Origin: Frigidibacter sp.
GTDB taxonomy: Bacteria; Pseudomonadota; Alphaproteobacteria; Rhodobacterales; Rhodobacteraceae
Reading direction: 5' to 3'
DNA length: 64,000 bases
Assembly: GCF_030695035.1 (NCBI RefSeq)
Contig: NZ_JAUYTT010000005.1
Location: forward strand, 131,012-195,011
Shown here one piece after another: positions 9,494 to 20,248 of the stretch. A model generated the notes under the pieces. That model was not told the origin of the DNA and did no database searches. It saw nothing but the letters and a program-made list of their open reading frames with translations. Position 1 is the first letter of the stretch. Each line of letters begins with the position of its first letter. The position numbers and the translations under genes are program-made.

Positions 9494-10795
9494 ATGAGCG
9501 GTCTTCTTCTGGGCGGGCTCGGCTTCGCCGCGGCCATCTTCATGATTTTCGTGGAAATTCCGGTCGCCGTGGCCCTGGGGCTGGTGGGGCTGGCCGGATC
9601 GGCGCTGATCATCGGCACCGGCGGGGCGATGGTCATCGGCGCCACCACGATCTGGGACAGCGTGACCAACTACACGCTGACAATGCTGCCGCTGTTTGTG
9701 CTGATGGGCAACCTGGCGGCGCATTGCGGGCTGTCGGGGCGGCTGTATCAGTCCATGTCGATCCTGCTGGGGCACCGCCGCGGCGGGTTGGCGCTGGCGA
9801 CCATCGGCGCCTCGGCGGGGTTTGGCATGATCTCTGGCTCGTCGCTGGCGACCACCGCCACGATGAGCCGCATCGCCCTGCCCGAGATGCAGGCGGCGGG
9901 CTATTCGCGGTCGCTGTCGGCGGGGTCCGTCGCGGCGGGTGGCACGCTGGGGATCCTGATCCCGCCCTCGACGGTTCTGGTGATCTACGCCTTTATCGCC
10001 GAACAATCGATCCGCTCGCTGCTGCTGGCGACGGTCGGGCCCATTGTGATCGCCATCACGCTCTACTGTCTGGCGATCTGGGTCCCGCTGTGGATGGGCT
10101 GGTCCACCGCGCCCGAACGGCCCCGCGCAGTTGGGGCGGAGCGCCGGGCGGCGCTGAAGGCGCTGTTGCCGCCGGTCGGCATCTTCGGGCTGATCATGGG
10201 CGGGCTTTACACTGGCCTGTTCACCGCGAATGAGACGGCGGCCATCGGCGCCGCGGTGGTGCTGGCCTATGGCGTACTGTCGCGGCAGCTGTCCTGGGCG
10301 GGCTTTCTCGACGCGGCGATGGATACCGCGCTGACCTGCGGTGCGCTGTATCTGGTGCTGATCGGGGCGAACCTCTTCAACTTCTTCCTTGCCCTGTCTG
10401 GCCTGCCGTTCTCGCTGACCGGGCTGTTTTCCGGCATCCTCGATCAGCCGCTGCTGGTGATCTTGCTGATGCTGGCGATCTACCTGCTGCTTGGCACCTT
10501 GATGGACAGCCTCGCGATGCTGCTGCTGACGGTGCCGCTGTTCGTGCCGGTCGCGCAGGCCGCCGGCATCGACCTGATCTGGTTTGGCATCTTCGCGGTG
10601 ATGGTGGTCGAGATGGGGCTGATCACGCCCCCGGTGGGGATGAACCTTTTCGTCATCAAGACCACGAATCCCGAGATCGAGATGCTGGAGCTCTGGCGCG
10701 GCGTCACACCCTTCGTGATCAGCGACCTGATCCGCGTCTGCATCATCATCGCCATCCCGGCGCTGGTCACATGGCTGCCACTGAACGCTTTCTGA
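9494..10795 (+). CDS. TRAP transporter large permease (DctM family)
   Basis: 433 aa with GGTLGILIPPS and ITPPVGMNLFV motifs. Confidence 0.92.
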   Translation: MSGLLLGGLGFAAAIFMIFVEIPVAVALGLVGLAGSALIIGTGGAMVIGATTIWDSVTNYTLTMLPLFVLMGNLAAHCGLSGRLYQSMSILLGHRRGGLALATIGASAGFGMISGSSLATTATMSRIALPEMQAAGYSRSLSAGSVAAGGTLGILIPPSTVLVIYAFIAEQSIRSLLLATVGPIVIAITLYCLAIWVPLWMGWSTAPERPRAVGAERRAALKALLPPVGIFGLIMGGLYTGLFTANETAAIGAAVVLAYGVLSRQLSWAGFLDAAMDTALTCGALYLVLIGANLFNFFLALSGLPFSLTGLFSGILDQPLLVILLMLAIYLLLGTLMDSLAMLLLTVPLFVPVAQAAGIDLIWFGIFAVMVVEMGLITPPVGMNLFVIKTTNPEIEMLELWRGVTPFVISDLIRVCIIIAIPALVTWLPLNAF

Positions 10796-10820
10796 ACATT
10801 GGACTTCCAGGGAGGAACCC

Positions 10821-11822
10821 ATGCTGAACTTTACTCTGAGATCCGCCGCACTCGCCCTTGTACTGGCCGTGCCCCTTGCCGCCGAAGCGCGCGAGATGCG
10901 CGTGTCATCCTTTGAACCGGCGCAGGGCTTTTATTCTTCCAAGGTGCTTCAGGCCTGGATCGACCAGGTCAACCCGCAGCTGACCGGCGGTACCAGCTTC
11001 CGGCTCTATCCCGGCTCTATCCTCGGCGCGCCGCCCGCGCAGGCAGAGCTGGTGAAGGCCGGTGTCGCCGATGTAGCGCTGGTGGTGCCGACCTATACGC
11101 CGGGGCTGTTCCCGATGTCGGGCGTGGTCGAGGTGCCGGGGCTGGTCGAAACCTCGGCCGAGGGCACGGCGATCCTGAACGCGCTGGCCGATGACGGCGC
11201 GCTGGAGGCCGAATATGCCGATTACAAGGTGCTGGCGGTGTTCACCACGCCCGGCTACCGTTTCTTGATGAGCGGGGAGGGCGTCGCCACCCCGGCCGAT
11301 CTGGGCGGGTTGAAGCTGCGCACGCCCTCGCCCTTCGGGTCAGAGCTTCTGGCGATGCTGGGCGCCTCGGGCGTGGCGATCCCGGCGCCGCAGGTCTACG
11401 AAAACCTCGAACGCGGCGTGGTGTCGGGCGCCGTCTGGGTGATGGATGCCTATCGCACCTTCCGGCTCGATGAGGTGGCGCCCGCCATCACCTCGCTGCG
11501 CTTTACCGCCTCGCCGATGGCGATCTTGATGAACAAGGCGGCGTGGGACAGCCTGCCGGAAGCGGATCGCGCGGCGCTGGAGGCCGCTACAGGCCGGGTC
11601 ATGGCGGAATGGATCGCAGGGGTCGTCGATGCCACGGATGCCGAGATCGAAGCGTCGTTCCGTGCCGCGGGCAAGGTGAAGTTCATCGACCTTGACGCAG
11701 CCGCGGTCGCGGAATGGCAGGCGGTCCTTGCGCCGGCGGCCGAGGCCTGGGTGGCCGGGCAGGCCGATCCCGCGGCCGCACAGGGAGCGCTGGACACCGC
11801 GCGCGCCGTCGCCGGCAACTGA
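10821..11822 (+). CDS. TRAP transporter substrate-binding protein (DctP family)
   Basis: Signal peptide (AVPLAAEA) on a 333 aa protein. The gene order here is Q-M-P. Confidence 0.88.
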   Translation: MLNFTLRSAALALVLAVPLAAEAREMRVSSFEPAQGFYSSKVLQAWIDQVNPQLTGGTSFRLYPGSILGAPPAQAELVKAGVADVALVVPTYTPGLFPMSGVVEVPGLVETSAEGTAILNALADDGALEAEYADYKVLAVFTTPGYRFLMSGEGVATPADLGGLKLRTPSPFGSELLAMLGASGVAIPAPQVYENLERGVVSGAVWVMDAYRTFRLDEVAPAITSLRFTASPMAILMNKAAWDSLPEADRAALEAATGRVMAEWIAGVVDATDAEIEASFRAAGKVKFIDLDAAAVAEWQAVLAPAAEAWVAGQADPAAAQGALDTARAVAGN

Positions 11823-11829
11823 CCCCGCG

Positions 11830-11856
11830 CCCTGTCCGTCAGCCGGACGGACGGGG
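11830..11856 (+). terminator. Possible stem-loop terminator after dctP
   Basis: CCCTGTCCGTC / GACGGACGGGG imperfect hairpin with a short loop, followed by only a weak T tract (CGCTTTGGG). Confidence 0.3.
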
Positions 11857-11927
11857 CATCCGCTTTGGGCCGCCACCTGCCGATGCGGCAAGGTGGCATA
11901 TCTGAAACTGAACCCGAAGGAATGACC

Positions 11928-12908
11928 ATGGCAATCAATGCACTGGGATATCTCGGCGTGCGCTCTGACAGGCTGGACGAATGGTCGGAGTTCGCGGGCC
12001 ATCTGCTGGGGATGCAGAAGATCGACCGTGGCGGCAAGGCCGTGGCCTTCCGCATGGACGACAAGGTTCAGCGCCTGCTGGTCTCGGACGAACCGGGAGA
12101 AACGCTGGCCTTCCTTGGCTTCGAGGTGGCGCAGAAGGATGATCTGAGCGCCTATGCCGCGCGGCTGGATGCGGCCGGCGTGCCGGTGCAGATCGGCAGC
12201 CGCGCATTGGCCGACCGGCGCTTTGTGGGAGATCTGATCTGGTTTGAGGATCCGGCCGGCAACCGGGTAGAGCTGTTCCACGCCCCGATGATCGCCAGCG
12301 ATCCTTTCGTGCCGGGCCGCCCGATCGACGGCTTCCGAACCGGGCCGCTGGGGATGGGCCATGCCGTGCTGCACGTGAAGGACATCGGGGTGATGATGCC
12401 CTTCTACCGCGACCTGCTGGACTTCCATGTCTCGGATTACGGGCTGAAGCCCTATGGCCTGTACTTCTTCCACCTGAACGAGCGGCATCACAGCTTCGCG
12501 ATGGTCGGCTCGGGCCAGCAGGGCTTTCATCATTTCATGGTCGAGTTCCAGAACCTTGACGATGTGGGGCAGGGCTATGACCTTGCCCAGCAACGCGAAA
12601 ACGGCGTCGCCTATACGCTGGGGCGGCACACCAACGATTACATGACCAGCTATTACGCCCACACGCCCTCTGGCTTTTTCGTGGAAAACGGCTGGGGCGG
12701 GCGGCTGATCGAGCCTGCCACATGGGAGCCGCATGAAACCCATGACGGCCCGAGCTTCTGGGGGCATGAGCGGCTGTATCTGCCCGAGGAGGGCGGCCGC
12801 AAGAAGCTGCGCGACATGCGGATGGATGCAGCGGCACGCGGGCGGCGGGCGCCCCCAGTGGCGGACTGCCCGTGGCTTTACGGCGAACTCTCGAAGGTAG
12901 GGAGGTAG
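11928..12908 (+). CDS. Type I extradiol ring-cleavage dioxygenase (VOC/glyoxalase fold, BphC/HsaC-like)
   Basis: The N-terminus MAINALGYLGVRSDRLDEWSEFAGHLLGMQ is typical of 2,3-dihydroxybiphenyl-type dioxygenases. A GAAGG RBS is suitably spaced before the ATG at 11928. Confidence 0.85.
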   Translation: MAINALGYLGVRSDRLDEWSEFAGHLLGMQKIDRGGKAVAFRMDDKVQRLLVSDEPGETLAFLGFEVAQKDDLSAYAARLDAAGVPVQIGSRALADRRFVGDLIWFEDPAGNRVELFHAPMIASDPFVPGRPIDGFRTGPLGMGHAVLHVKDIGVMMPFYRDLLDFHVSDYGLKPYGLYFFHLNERHHSFAMVGSGQQGFHHFMVEFQNLDDVGQGYDLAQQRENGVAYTLGRHTNDYMTSYYAHTPSGFFVENGWGGRLIEPATWEPHETHDGPSFWGHERLYLPEEGGRKKLRDMRMDAAARGRRAPPVADCPWLYGELSKVGR

Positions 12909-12910
12909 GG

Positions 12911-14410
12911 ATGGACCACTACGACGTTGCCATCGTGGGCCTTGGCCCCACGGGCGCCACGCTGGCGCATCTTCTGGGCCAATGCGGCCTGCAGGTGCTG
13001 GTGCTGGAGCGGGAAGGCGCGGCCTATCATCTGCCCCGCGCGGTGCATTTCGATGCCGAGGTGATGCGGGTGTTTCAATGGATCGGCATTGCCGATGCGA
13101 TGGAACCGCTGACGGCCCGCCACCCCGGAATGCGCTTTGTCGATCCGACGGGCAAGCTGCTACTGGACTGGCCGCGCCCGCAGGGCATCGGCCCGCAGGG
13201 CTGGCGGTCGAACTTCCGCTTTCACCAGCCCGATCTGGAGCAGCTTCTGCGTATCGGTTTGGCGGACCGTCCGACCGTAACCGTGCGCACCCGCGCCGAC
13301 CTGTTCTTCGTCGAGGACACCGGCGACGGCGTGAACCTGCGCTTCGAGGATACGCGGCGCGGCAAGGTGGAACGGGTCCGCGCCTCCTATGTCGTGGGCT
13401 GCGACGGCGCCCGATCACTGATCCGCCGGTTCATCGACACGGGGATGGAGGATTACGGCTTTCACGAGCGCTGGCTGGTGATCGACGTGCTGTTGAACGG
13501 CGAAAAGCCGGAACTGGGCGATCATTCCATCCAGTATTGCGTGCCTGACCGCCCGGCGACCTATGTGCGCGGCCCCGGCAACCGCCGCCGATGGGAGATC
13601 ACCGTCCGTCCCGGCGAGGATGCCGCCGAGATCACAAGGCCCGAACGGGTCTGGGACCTGCTGTCGCCCTGGCTGACCCCGGCCGAGGCGGTGCTGGAGC
13701 GGACGGCGGTCTATGTCTTCCACTCGCTGGTCGCCGAAGACTGGCGCCGCGGCCGTCTGCTGCTGGCCGGCGATGCCTGCCACCAGACGCCGCCCTTCAT
13801 GGGGCAGGGCATGTGCGCCGGCATCCGCGATGCGGCCAACCTCTACTGGAAGCTGGCGCTGGCCTGTCAGGGCAAGCTGGCGGGGCCCGAGGCCGAACGG
13901 CTGCTGGACAGCTATGAAAGCGAGCGCAAGTCCAATGCGCGCGAATACATCCAGACGGCAGTGCGCCTTGGCGGGCTGATCAACACCTGCGGCACCGAAA
14001 CCGCGCTGCGCGCCGCGCTGCCGGGCAGCAGTGGCACGGCGCGGATGGAATCTATCGCGCCGCCGCTGGGGCCGGGCTTGGGCGCGGGGGAAAAGGCCGG
14101 GCTGCTGTTCGGCCAGCCGCGGCTTGCGGGTGGGCGTCTGATGGATGACGCGCTGCGCCACCAATGGGTCGTGGTGGTGGCCGATGCCGCGCTGGCCGCG
14201 AACCTTTCGCTGCCGCCCGGCGTGGCGCTGGTCACCCCCGAAACCGCCCCCGATGCCGCGCACCATCTGGCCCGCCTTGGCGCCCGCGCCGCGGTGCTTC
14301 GCCCCGACCGCCACACCCTTGGCACCGCCGATACCCCCGCCGAACTGGCCGCGCTGCTGGCGCTGGTGCTGCCCAACCCTGTCGAACTTCAAGAACCGGA
14401 GATGGTCTGA
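12911..14410 (+). CDS. FAD-dependent aromatic monooxygenase (MhpA-like 3-(3-hydroxyphenyl)propionate hydroxylase family)
   Basis: YDVAIVGLGPTGATLAHLL dinucleotide fold, GDACH and MGQGMCAGIRDAANL motifs. A GGAGG RBS precedes the ATG at 12911. Confidence 0.88.
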   Translation: MDHYDVAIVGLGPTGATLAHLLGQCGLQVLVLEREGAAYHLPRAVHFDAEVMRVFQWIGIADAMEPLTARHPGMRFVDPTGKLLLDWPRPQGIGPQGWRSNFRFHQPDLEQLLRIGLADRPTVTVRTRADLFFVEDTGDGVNLRFEDTRRGKVERVRASYVVGCDGARSLIRRFIDTGMEDYGFHERWLVIDVLLNGEKPELGDHSIQYCVPDRPATYVRGPGNRRRWEITVRPGEDAAEITRPERVWDLLSPWLTPAEAVLERTAVYVFHSLVAEDWRRGRLLLAGDACHQTPPFMGQGMCAGIRDAANLYWKLALACQGKLAGPEAERLLDSYESERKSNAREYIQTAVRLGGLINTCGTETALRAALPGSSGTARMESIAPPLGPGLGAGEKAGLLFGQPRLAGGRLMDDALRHQWVVVVADAALAANLSLPPGVALVTPETAPDAAHHLARLGARAAVLRPDRHTLGTADTPAELAALLALVLPNPVELQEPEMV

Positions 14411-14412
14411 CC

Positions 14413-15255
14413 ATGAAACTTTGTTCCTTCACCACGATGGGCCGCGCAAGCTGGGGCCTTGTCACCGATGCCGGGATCGTCGATCTGGGCCGGCGCGGGC
14501 TGGCCGAAACGCTGCGCGAATTCCTTGCCCAGGGCGACCTTGCCCCCGCCCGGGCGCTGCAGGAGGCGGCGGCGGACCACGCTTTTGACGCGGTGGACCA
14601 CGCCCCCGTCATCCCCAACCCCGACAAAATCATCTGTGTCGGCCTGAACTATCACGCGCATGTGCAGGAAACCCGGCGCGAGGAAACCAGCAACCCGGTT
14701 CTGTTCGCACGCTATCCGGGCAGCCAGATCGGCCACGGCCAGCCGCTGATCAAGCCACTGGAATCGGACGAGTTCGATTTTGAAGGCGAACTGGCTGTCA
14801 TCATCGGCACCGAAGGCCGCCGCATCGCCGAAGCGGACGCGCTGTCCCATGTCGCGGGCTATGCCTGCTACAATGACGGTTCGGTCCGCGACTGGCAAAA
14901 GCACACCCACCAGTTCATGCCCGGCAAGACCTTTGCCAGCACCGGCGGCTTTGGCCCCTGGATGGTGACGGCGGATGAGATCCCCGATCCGACGCAACTG
15001 CATCTGCAGACCCGGCTGAACGGGCAGGTGGTGCAAGATACCGATGTGTCCTTGCTGATCACCTCGATCCCGCGGCTGATCGCCTATTGCTCGACCATCC
15101 TGCCGCTGCTGCCGGGCGATGTGATCGTCTCGGGCACTCCCGGCGGTGTGGGGGCGCGGCGCACGCCGCCGCTGTGGATGCGCGATGGCGATGTCTGCGA
15201 GGTGGAAATCTCGGGCATCGGCACCCTGTCGAACCCGGTCAAGGCCGAGGTCTGA
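14413..15255 (+). CDS. Fumarylacetoacetate hydrolase (FAH) family protein
   Basis: KIICVGLNYHAH, FDFEGELAVIIG and GDVIVSGTPGGVG motifs. I chose the ATG at 14413 (MKLCSF). Confidence 0.9.
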   Translation: MKLCSFTTMGRASWGLVTDAGIVDLGRRGLAETLREFLAQGDLAPARALQEAAADHAFDAVDHAPVIPNPDKIICVGLNYHAHVQETRREETSNPVLFARYPGSQIGHGQPLIKPLESDEFDFEGELAVIIGTEGRRIAEADALSHVAGYACYNDGSVRDWQKHTHQFMPGKTFASTGGFGPWMVTADEIPDPTQLHLQTRLNGQVVQDTDVSLLITSIPRLIAYCSTILPLLPGDVIVSGTPGGVGARRTPPLWMRDGDVCEVEISGIGTLSNPVKAEV

Positions 15256-15293
15256 GCCTTCCGCCTTGCCCGGCGCTGTGCCACTCTGACCCG

Positions 15294-16082
15294 ATGACCA
15301 AATCTGCCGACAGTGACCGGAAATCCGAGGCCGTGCGAGCCCTGACGCGCGGCCTTGCCATCTTGCGCCATGTGAATTCGGTTGGAGAGGCCCGCCCGGG
15401 CGAAATTGCCAAGGCGCTCGATATCCCGCGCCCCAGCGTCTACCGCCTGCTGCAGACACTGGAGGAGGCCGGCTATGTCGTGTTCTCGGGCAGTGCCAAT
15501 CTGGTGCGGGTGACGCGGCTGGCCGCCTCGCTCGGCGATGGATCGGCGCTGACGTCAGAGCTCTGCCAGGCCGCCGCGCCGGTCTTTGCCGATTATGGCG
15601 CGCGGCTGGTCTGGCCGCTGGACCTGACCGTCTATCACAACGCGGCGATGGTCATTCAGGAAACCACGCATGGCCGATCCCCGCTGTCGATCGACCGGGC
15701 GATGATCGGCTACCGGCTGCCGCTGCTGCGCACCTCGGCGGGGCGCGCCTACCTCGCGTTCTGCGGCGAGGAGGAACGGGCGCTGATCGTGGCGCATCTG
15801 CAGCGGCTCGGCGATCCGGCCGATCTGCCGTTTCTGGAACCCGTCTGGCTGGCCCGGATGATCGAGGATACCCGCGCGCGCGGCCTTGCCCTGCGCGACG
15901 CTGGCGAGTTTCGCCCGCAAACCTCATCGCTGGCGGCGCCGATTGTGCTCGAAGGCAATGTTCTGGGCTGCGTGTCGATGATCTGGATCCGGTCGGCCAT
16001 GACCTCGCGCACGGCGATCGACACCTGCGGCGGGCCGCTGGCGGAAATCACCGCCAAGATTGCGGCAGCGCTGCCCGGCTAA
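15294..16082 (+). CDS. IclR family transcriptional regulator
   Basis: ALTRGLAILRHV...PSVYRLLQTLEEAGYV HTH followed by an IclR effector domain. Confidence 0.88.
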   Translation: MTKSADSDRKSEAVRALTRGLAILRHVNSVGEARPGEIAKALDIPRPSVYRLLQTLEEAGYVVFSGSANLVRVTRLAASLGDGSALTSELCQAAAPVFADYGARLVWPLDLTVYHNAAMVIQETTHGRSPLSIDRAMIGYRLPLLRTSAGRAYLAFCGEEERALIVAHLQRLGDPADLPFLEPVWLARMIEDTRARGLALRDAGEFRPQTSSLAAPIVLEGNVLGCVSMIWIRSAMTSRTAIDTCGGPLAEITAKIAAALPG

Positions 16083-16627
16083 AGCGGCGCTTCGTGCATC
16101 TCGGCCGCGATAGCGGCGTCCAGCGGCGTATCATAGGTCATCAGCAGATAGCCAAGCACGGAATAGAAGCCGACGGTCGCGATCAGGTCGATCACCGCCG
16201 CCCGCCCGATCACCGCGGCCAGTTCCGCCTCCAGCGCCGGGGGAAGGCGCCGCAGGTCGAACAGTGCATCCACCGCCTGCGCGATCAGGGCGTCTTCGCC
16301 CTCAGGCGTGGCTCGAAGGGCTGCGATCCGCGCATCGGAAAACCCAAGCGAGCGTGCCCGGCTGACATGATGTGCCCATTCATAGGCTGACCCCATCCGA
16401 TGGGCGGCGCGCAGGATCACCACCTCGGAGCGTTCGAGCCCCAATGCGCTGTCCTTGACTACATGCTGCCGCAGCGGCGCCCAGGCCCGTAGCAGCGCAG
16501 GATGATGCGCCATCGTGCGATAGACGTTCAGTGCCCCGGAAAACCCCTCCCTCAGGTCAGCAATGCTGTCGGGCCAGTCGGCATCGGTCACCGGCGGGCA
16601 GGGAGAGGGGGGAGTGGCGGTCATCAC
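16079..16627 (-). CDS. Carboxymuconolactone decarboxylase (CMD/AhpD-like) family protein
   Basis: LSERSEVVILRAAHRMGSAYEWAHH-type CMD core in a 182 aa protein. Confidence 0.85.
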   Translation of the reverse strand: MMTATPPSPCPPVTDADWPDSIADLREGFSGALNVYRTMAHHPALLRAWAPLRQHVVKDSALGLERSEVVILRAAHRMGSAYEWAHHVSRARSLGFSDARIAALRATPEGEDALIAQAVDALFDLRRLPPALEAELAAVIGRAAVIDLIATVGFYSVLGYLLMTYDTPLDAAIAAEMHEAPL

Positions 16628-16715
16628 ATCATCCTTGGCTTTGCGGGCACGAAAGTCTGACTGCGGGTTCGGCGCAAGGCGCTTGCCGCGGGTGTCCGGC
16701 CTGCGAACGGCGCCC

Positions 16716-17477
16716 CTAGCGCAGAACCAGCTTCACCTTGTCCTGCGCGCCCTGCAATGGGCGCAAGAACAGCGGTGCCAGATCCTCGGCCCGGGCATGG
16801 ACGGCGGCCACCCCGACATTGATGGCGGCCACCGCCCGCCCATGCGCGTTCAGCAGCGGCACGGCGATGGAGCGCAGGCCCAGTTCCACCTCTTGGTCAA
16901 TAATGGCAAATCCCTGCGCGCGAACCTTTGTGATCTCGGCCAGGATCGCCTCGGGGTCGGTGCGGGTAAAGGGCGTGCGGGCCACCGGCGGGTGGGCTTC
17001 CAGCAGGGCGCGGGCCTCGGCCTCTGGCCGCGCCGCCAGCAGCACCCGGCCCATCGAGGTGCAGAAGGCCGGCAGGCGTGATCCGGGCATCAGCGCGATG
17101 GACATCACCTTGCGCTGCGCCGCCCGCGCCACATAGACGATCTCGGCCCCGTCGAGGATCGACACCGACGAGCTTTGCCCGATCCGGTCCGACAGGTCAT
17201 CCAGCAGCGGCTGCACGATCTGCGGCAGCGGCATGGTGGCAAGGCAGGCGGTCCCCAGCCGCAGCACCCGGGGCGTCAGCGTGAAGAACTTGCCGTCCCA
17301 ATCGGCATAGCCGTGATGGGCCAGCGTCAGAAGGCAGCGCCGCGCGGTGGCCCGGTCGAGGCCAGAGGCCGCAGAAACCTCGGCAATCGACTGGCGCGGC
17401 CGGTCTGCGGTGAAGGTCTCGATCACCAGCAGCCCCTTGGCCAGCCCGCCCATCGTGTCGCGTTCGCTGATCGTCAT
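16716..17477 (-). CDS. pcaR: IclR family regulator, PcaR/PcaU-like
   Basis: GGLAKGLLVIETF...IAEVSAASGLDRATARRCLLTLAHHGYA HTH. It is divergent from pcaIJF. I prefer the ATG at 17477; a GTG at 17519 is an alternative start. Confidence 0.85.
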   Translation of the reverse strand: MTISERDTMGGLAKGLLVIETFTADRPRQSIAEVSAASGLDRATARRCLLTLAHHGYADWDGKFFTLTPRVLRLGTACLATMPLPQIVQPLLDDLSDRIGQSSSVSILDGAEIVYVARAAQRKVMSIALMPGSRLPAFCTSMGRVLLAARPEAEARALLEAHPPVARTPFTRTDPEAILAEITKVRAQGFAIIDQEVELGLRSIAVPLLNAHGRAVAAINVGVAAVHARAEDLAPLFLRPLQGAQDKVKLVLR

Positions 17478-17486
17478 GCTGGCCTC

Positions 17487-17519
17487 GTGCGATATGTCAA
17501 CAAATCCAGCATATCGCAC
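17487..17519. promoter_or_regulatory. Perfect 10-bp inverted repeat in the pcaR-pcaI intergenic region (candidate IclR operator)
   Basis: GTGCGATATG (17487..17496), a 13-bp spacer, then CATATCGCAC (17510..17519). Confidence 0.45.
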
Positions 17520-17583
17520 AAGCTGGGTGGACGGAAGCGGCGCGCCCGCCCTATCCCTTCCTCAACCTGAGGAGAGTGCAAAC

Positions 17584-18318
17584 ATGGACAAGACCCTTCC
17601 CGATCTTGCCACCGCCGTGGCCGGGATCGACGACGGCATGACCGTGATGATCGGCGGCTTTGGCGGCTCTGGCGCGCCCATCGAGCTGATCCACGCGCTG
17701 ATCGACCGCTTTGTCGCCACCGGCCATCCCAGGGACTTGACGGTTGTGAACAACAACGCCGGCAACGGCCATGTCGGCCTCGCGGCGCTGATCGAGGCGG
17801 GGATGGTGCGCAAGCTGATCTGCTCCTTCCCGCGCTCGGCCGATCCGGTGGTGTTCACCGAGGCCTACCGCGCCGGGACCATCGAGCTGGAGCTGGTGCC
17901 GCAGGGCACGCTGGCCGAGCGCATCCGCGCGGGCGGGGCGGGCATCCCGGCTTTCTACACCCCCACCAGCTTTGGCACCGATCTGGCTCAGGGCAAGCCG
18001 GTGGCGGAGTTCGAGGGACGTTCGTACGTGCAGGAACGCTGGCTCAAGGCAGATGTCGCGCTGGTGAAGGCGCATCTGGGCGACCGGCTGGGGAACCTCA
18101 GCTACCGGATGGCGGGGCGCAACTTCAACCCGCTGATGTGCATGGCGGCGGCGCGGACCATCGTGCAGGTCAGCCAGCTTGTCGAACCGGGCGGGATCGA
18201 CCCCGAGGCGGTCGTGACCCCCGGCATCTTCGTGCAAGGCGTGGTCGAGGTGCCGAACCCGGCGCAGGAAGAAGACCTGAACCGCGCCGGCGCGGTCTAT
18301 CCGGAGGCAGCAGCATGA
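17584..18318 (+). CDS. pcaI: 3-oxoadipate CoA-transferase subunit A
   Basis: MTVMIGGFGGSGAPIELI N-terminus, typical of family I CoA-transferase alpha subunits. Confidence 0.92.
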   Translation: MDKTLPDLATAVAGIDDGMTVMIGGFGGSGAPIELIHALIDRFVATGHPRDLTVVNNNAGNGHVGLAALIEAGMVRKLICSFPRSADPVVFTEAYRAGTIELELVPQGTLAERIRAGGAGIPAFYTPTSFGTDLAQGKPVAEFEGRSYVQERWLKADVALVKAHLGDRLGNLSYRMAGRNFNPLMCMAAARTIVQVSQLVEPGGIDPEAVVTPGIFVQGVVEVPNPAQEEDLNRAGAVYPEAAA

Positions 18319-18995
18319 CATTGACCCCCATCAAACTTACGCCCAGCCAAATGGCCTGGCGCGCCGCGCAGGACATTGCGGACGGCGCCTATGTGAACCT
18401 CGGCATCGGCTTTCCCGAAATGGTGGCCAAGTTCCAGCCCCCGGGGCGCGAGGCAATCTTCCACACGGAAAATGGCATCCTTGGTTTTGGTGAGGCGCCC
18501 GCGCCGGGGGCCGAAGACTGGGACCTGATCAACGCCGGCAAGAAAGCGGTGACGCTGAAGCCCGGCACCGCCTTCTTCCACCATGCCGACAGCTTCGCCA
18601 TGGTGCGCGGCGGGCATCTCGATGTGGCGATCCTCGGCGCCTATGAGGTTGCCGAGACCGGCGATCTGGCGAACTGGTCCACCGGGCCCAAGGGCGTGCC
18701 GGCCGTCGGCGGCGCGATGGATCTGGTGCATGGCGCCAAGCAGGTGGCCGTCCTCACCGACCATGTCACCAAGGACGGCAAGCCCAAGCTGCTGCAGCGC
18801 TGCACCCTGCCGCTGACCGGCGTCGCCTGCGTGACGCGGATCTATTCAAGCCTTGCGGTGATCGACGTGGACCGCGGCCGCTTCGTGCTGCGCGAGAAGC
18901 TGGCGTCGCTCTCCTTTGACGACCTTCAGGCGCTGACCGGCGCGACGCTGCACCTCGACGGCCCCGTGGCCGATCTGACCGTACCGGAGCTGTGA
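18315..18995 (+). CDS. pcaJ: 3-oxoadipate CoA-transferase subunit B
   Basis: YVNLGIGFPEM and ENG motifs. Its ATGA overlaps pcaI. Confidence 0.92.
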   Translation: MTLTPIKLTPSQMAWRAAQDIADGAYVNLGIGFPEMVAKFQPPGREAIFHTENGILGFGEAPAPGAEDWDLINAGKKAVTLKPGTAFFHHADSFAMVRGGHLDVAILGAYEVAETGDLANWSTGPKGVPAVGGAMDLVHGAKQVAVLTDHVTKDGKPKLLQRCTLPLTGVACVTRIYSSLAVIDVDRGRFVLREKLASLSFDDLQALTGATLHLDGPVADLTVPEL

Positions 18996-18997
18996 TC

Positions 18998-20197
<1,200 letters not shown>

Positions 20198-20248
20198 GCG
20201 CGGGGGCCTTTCAGATCGCGGCTGCCTGCAAGGGGAGGAGGCCGGCAG

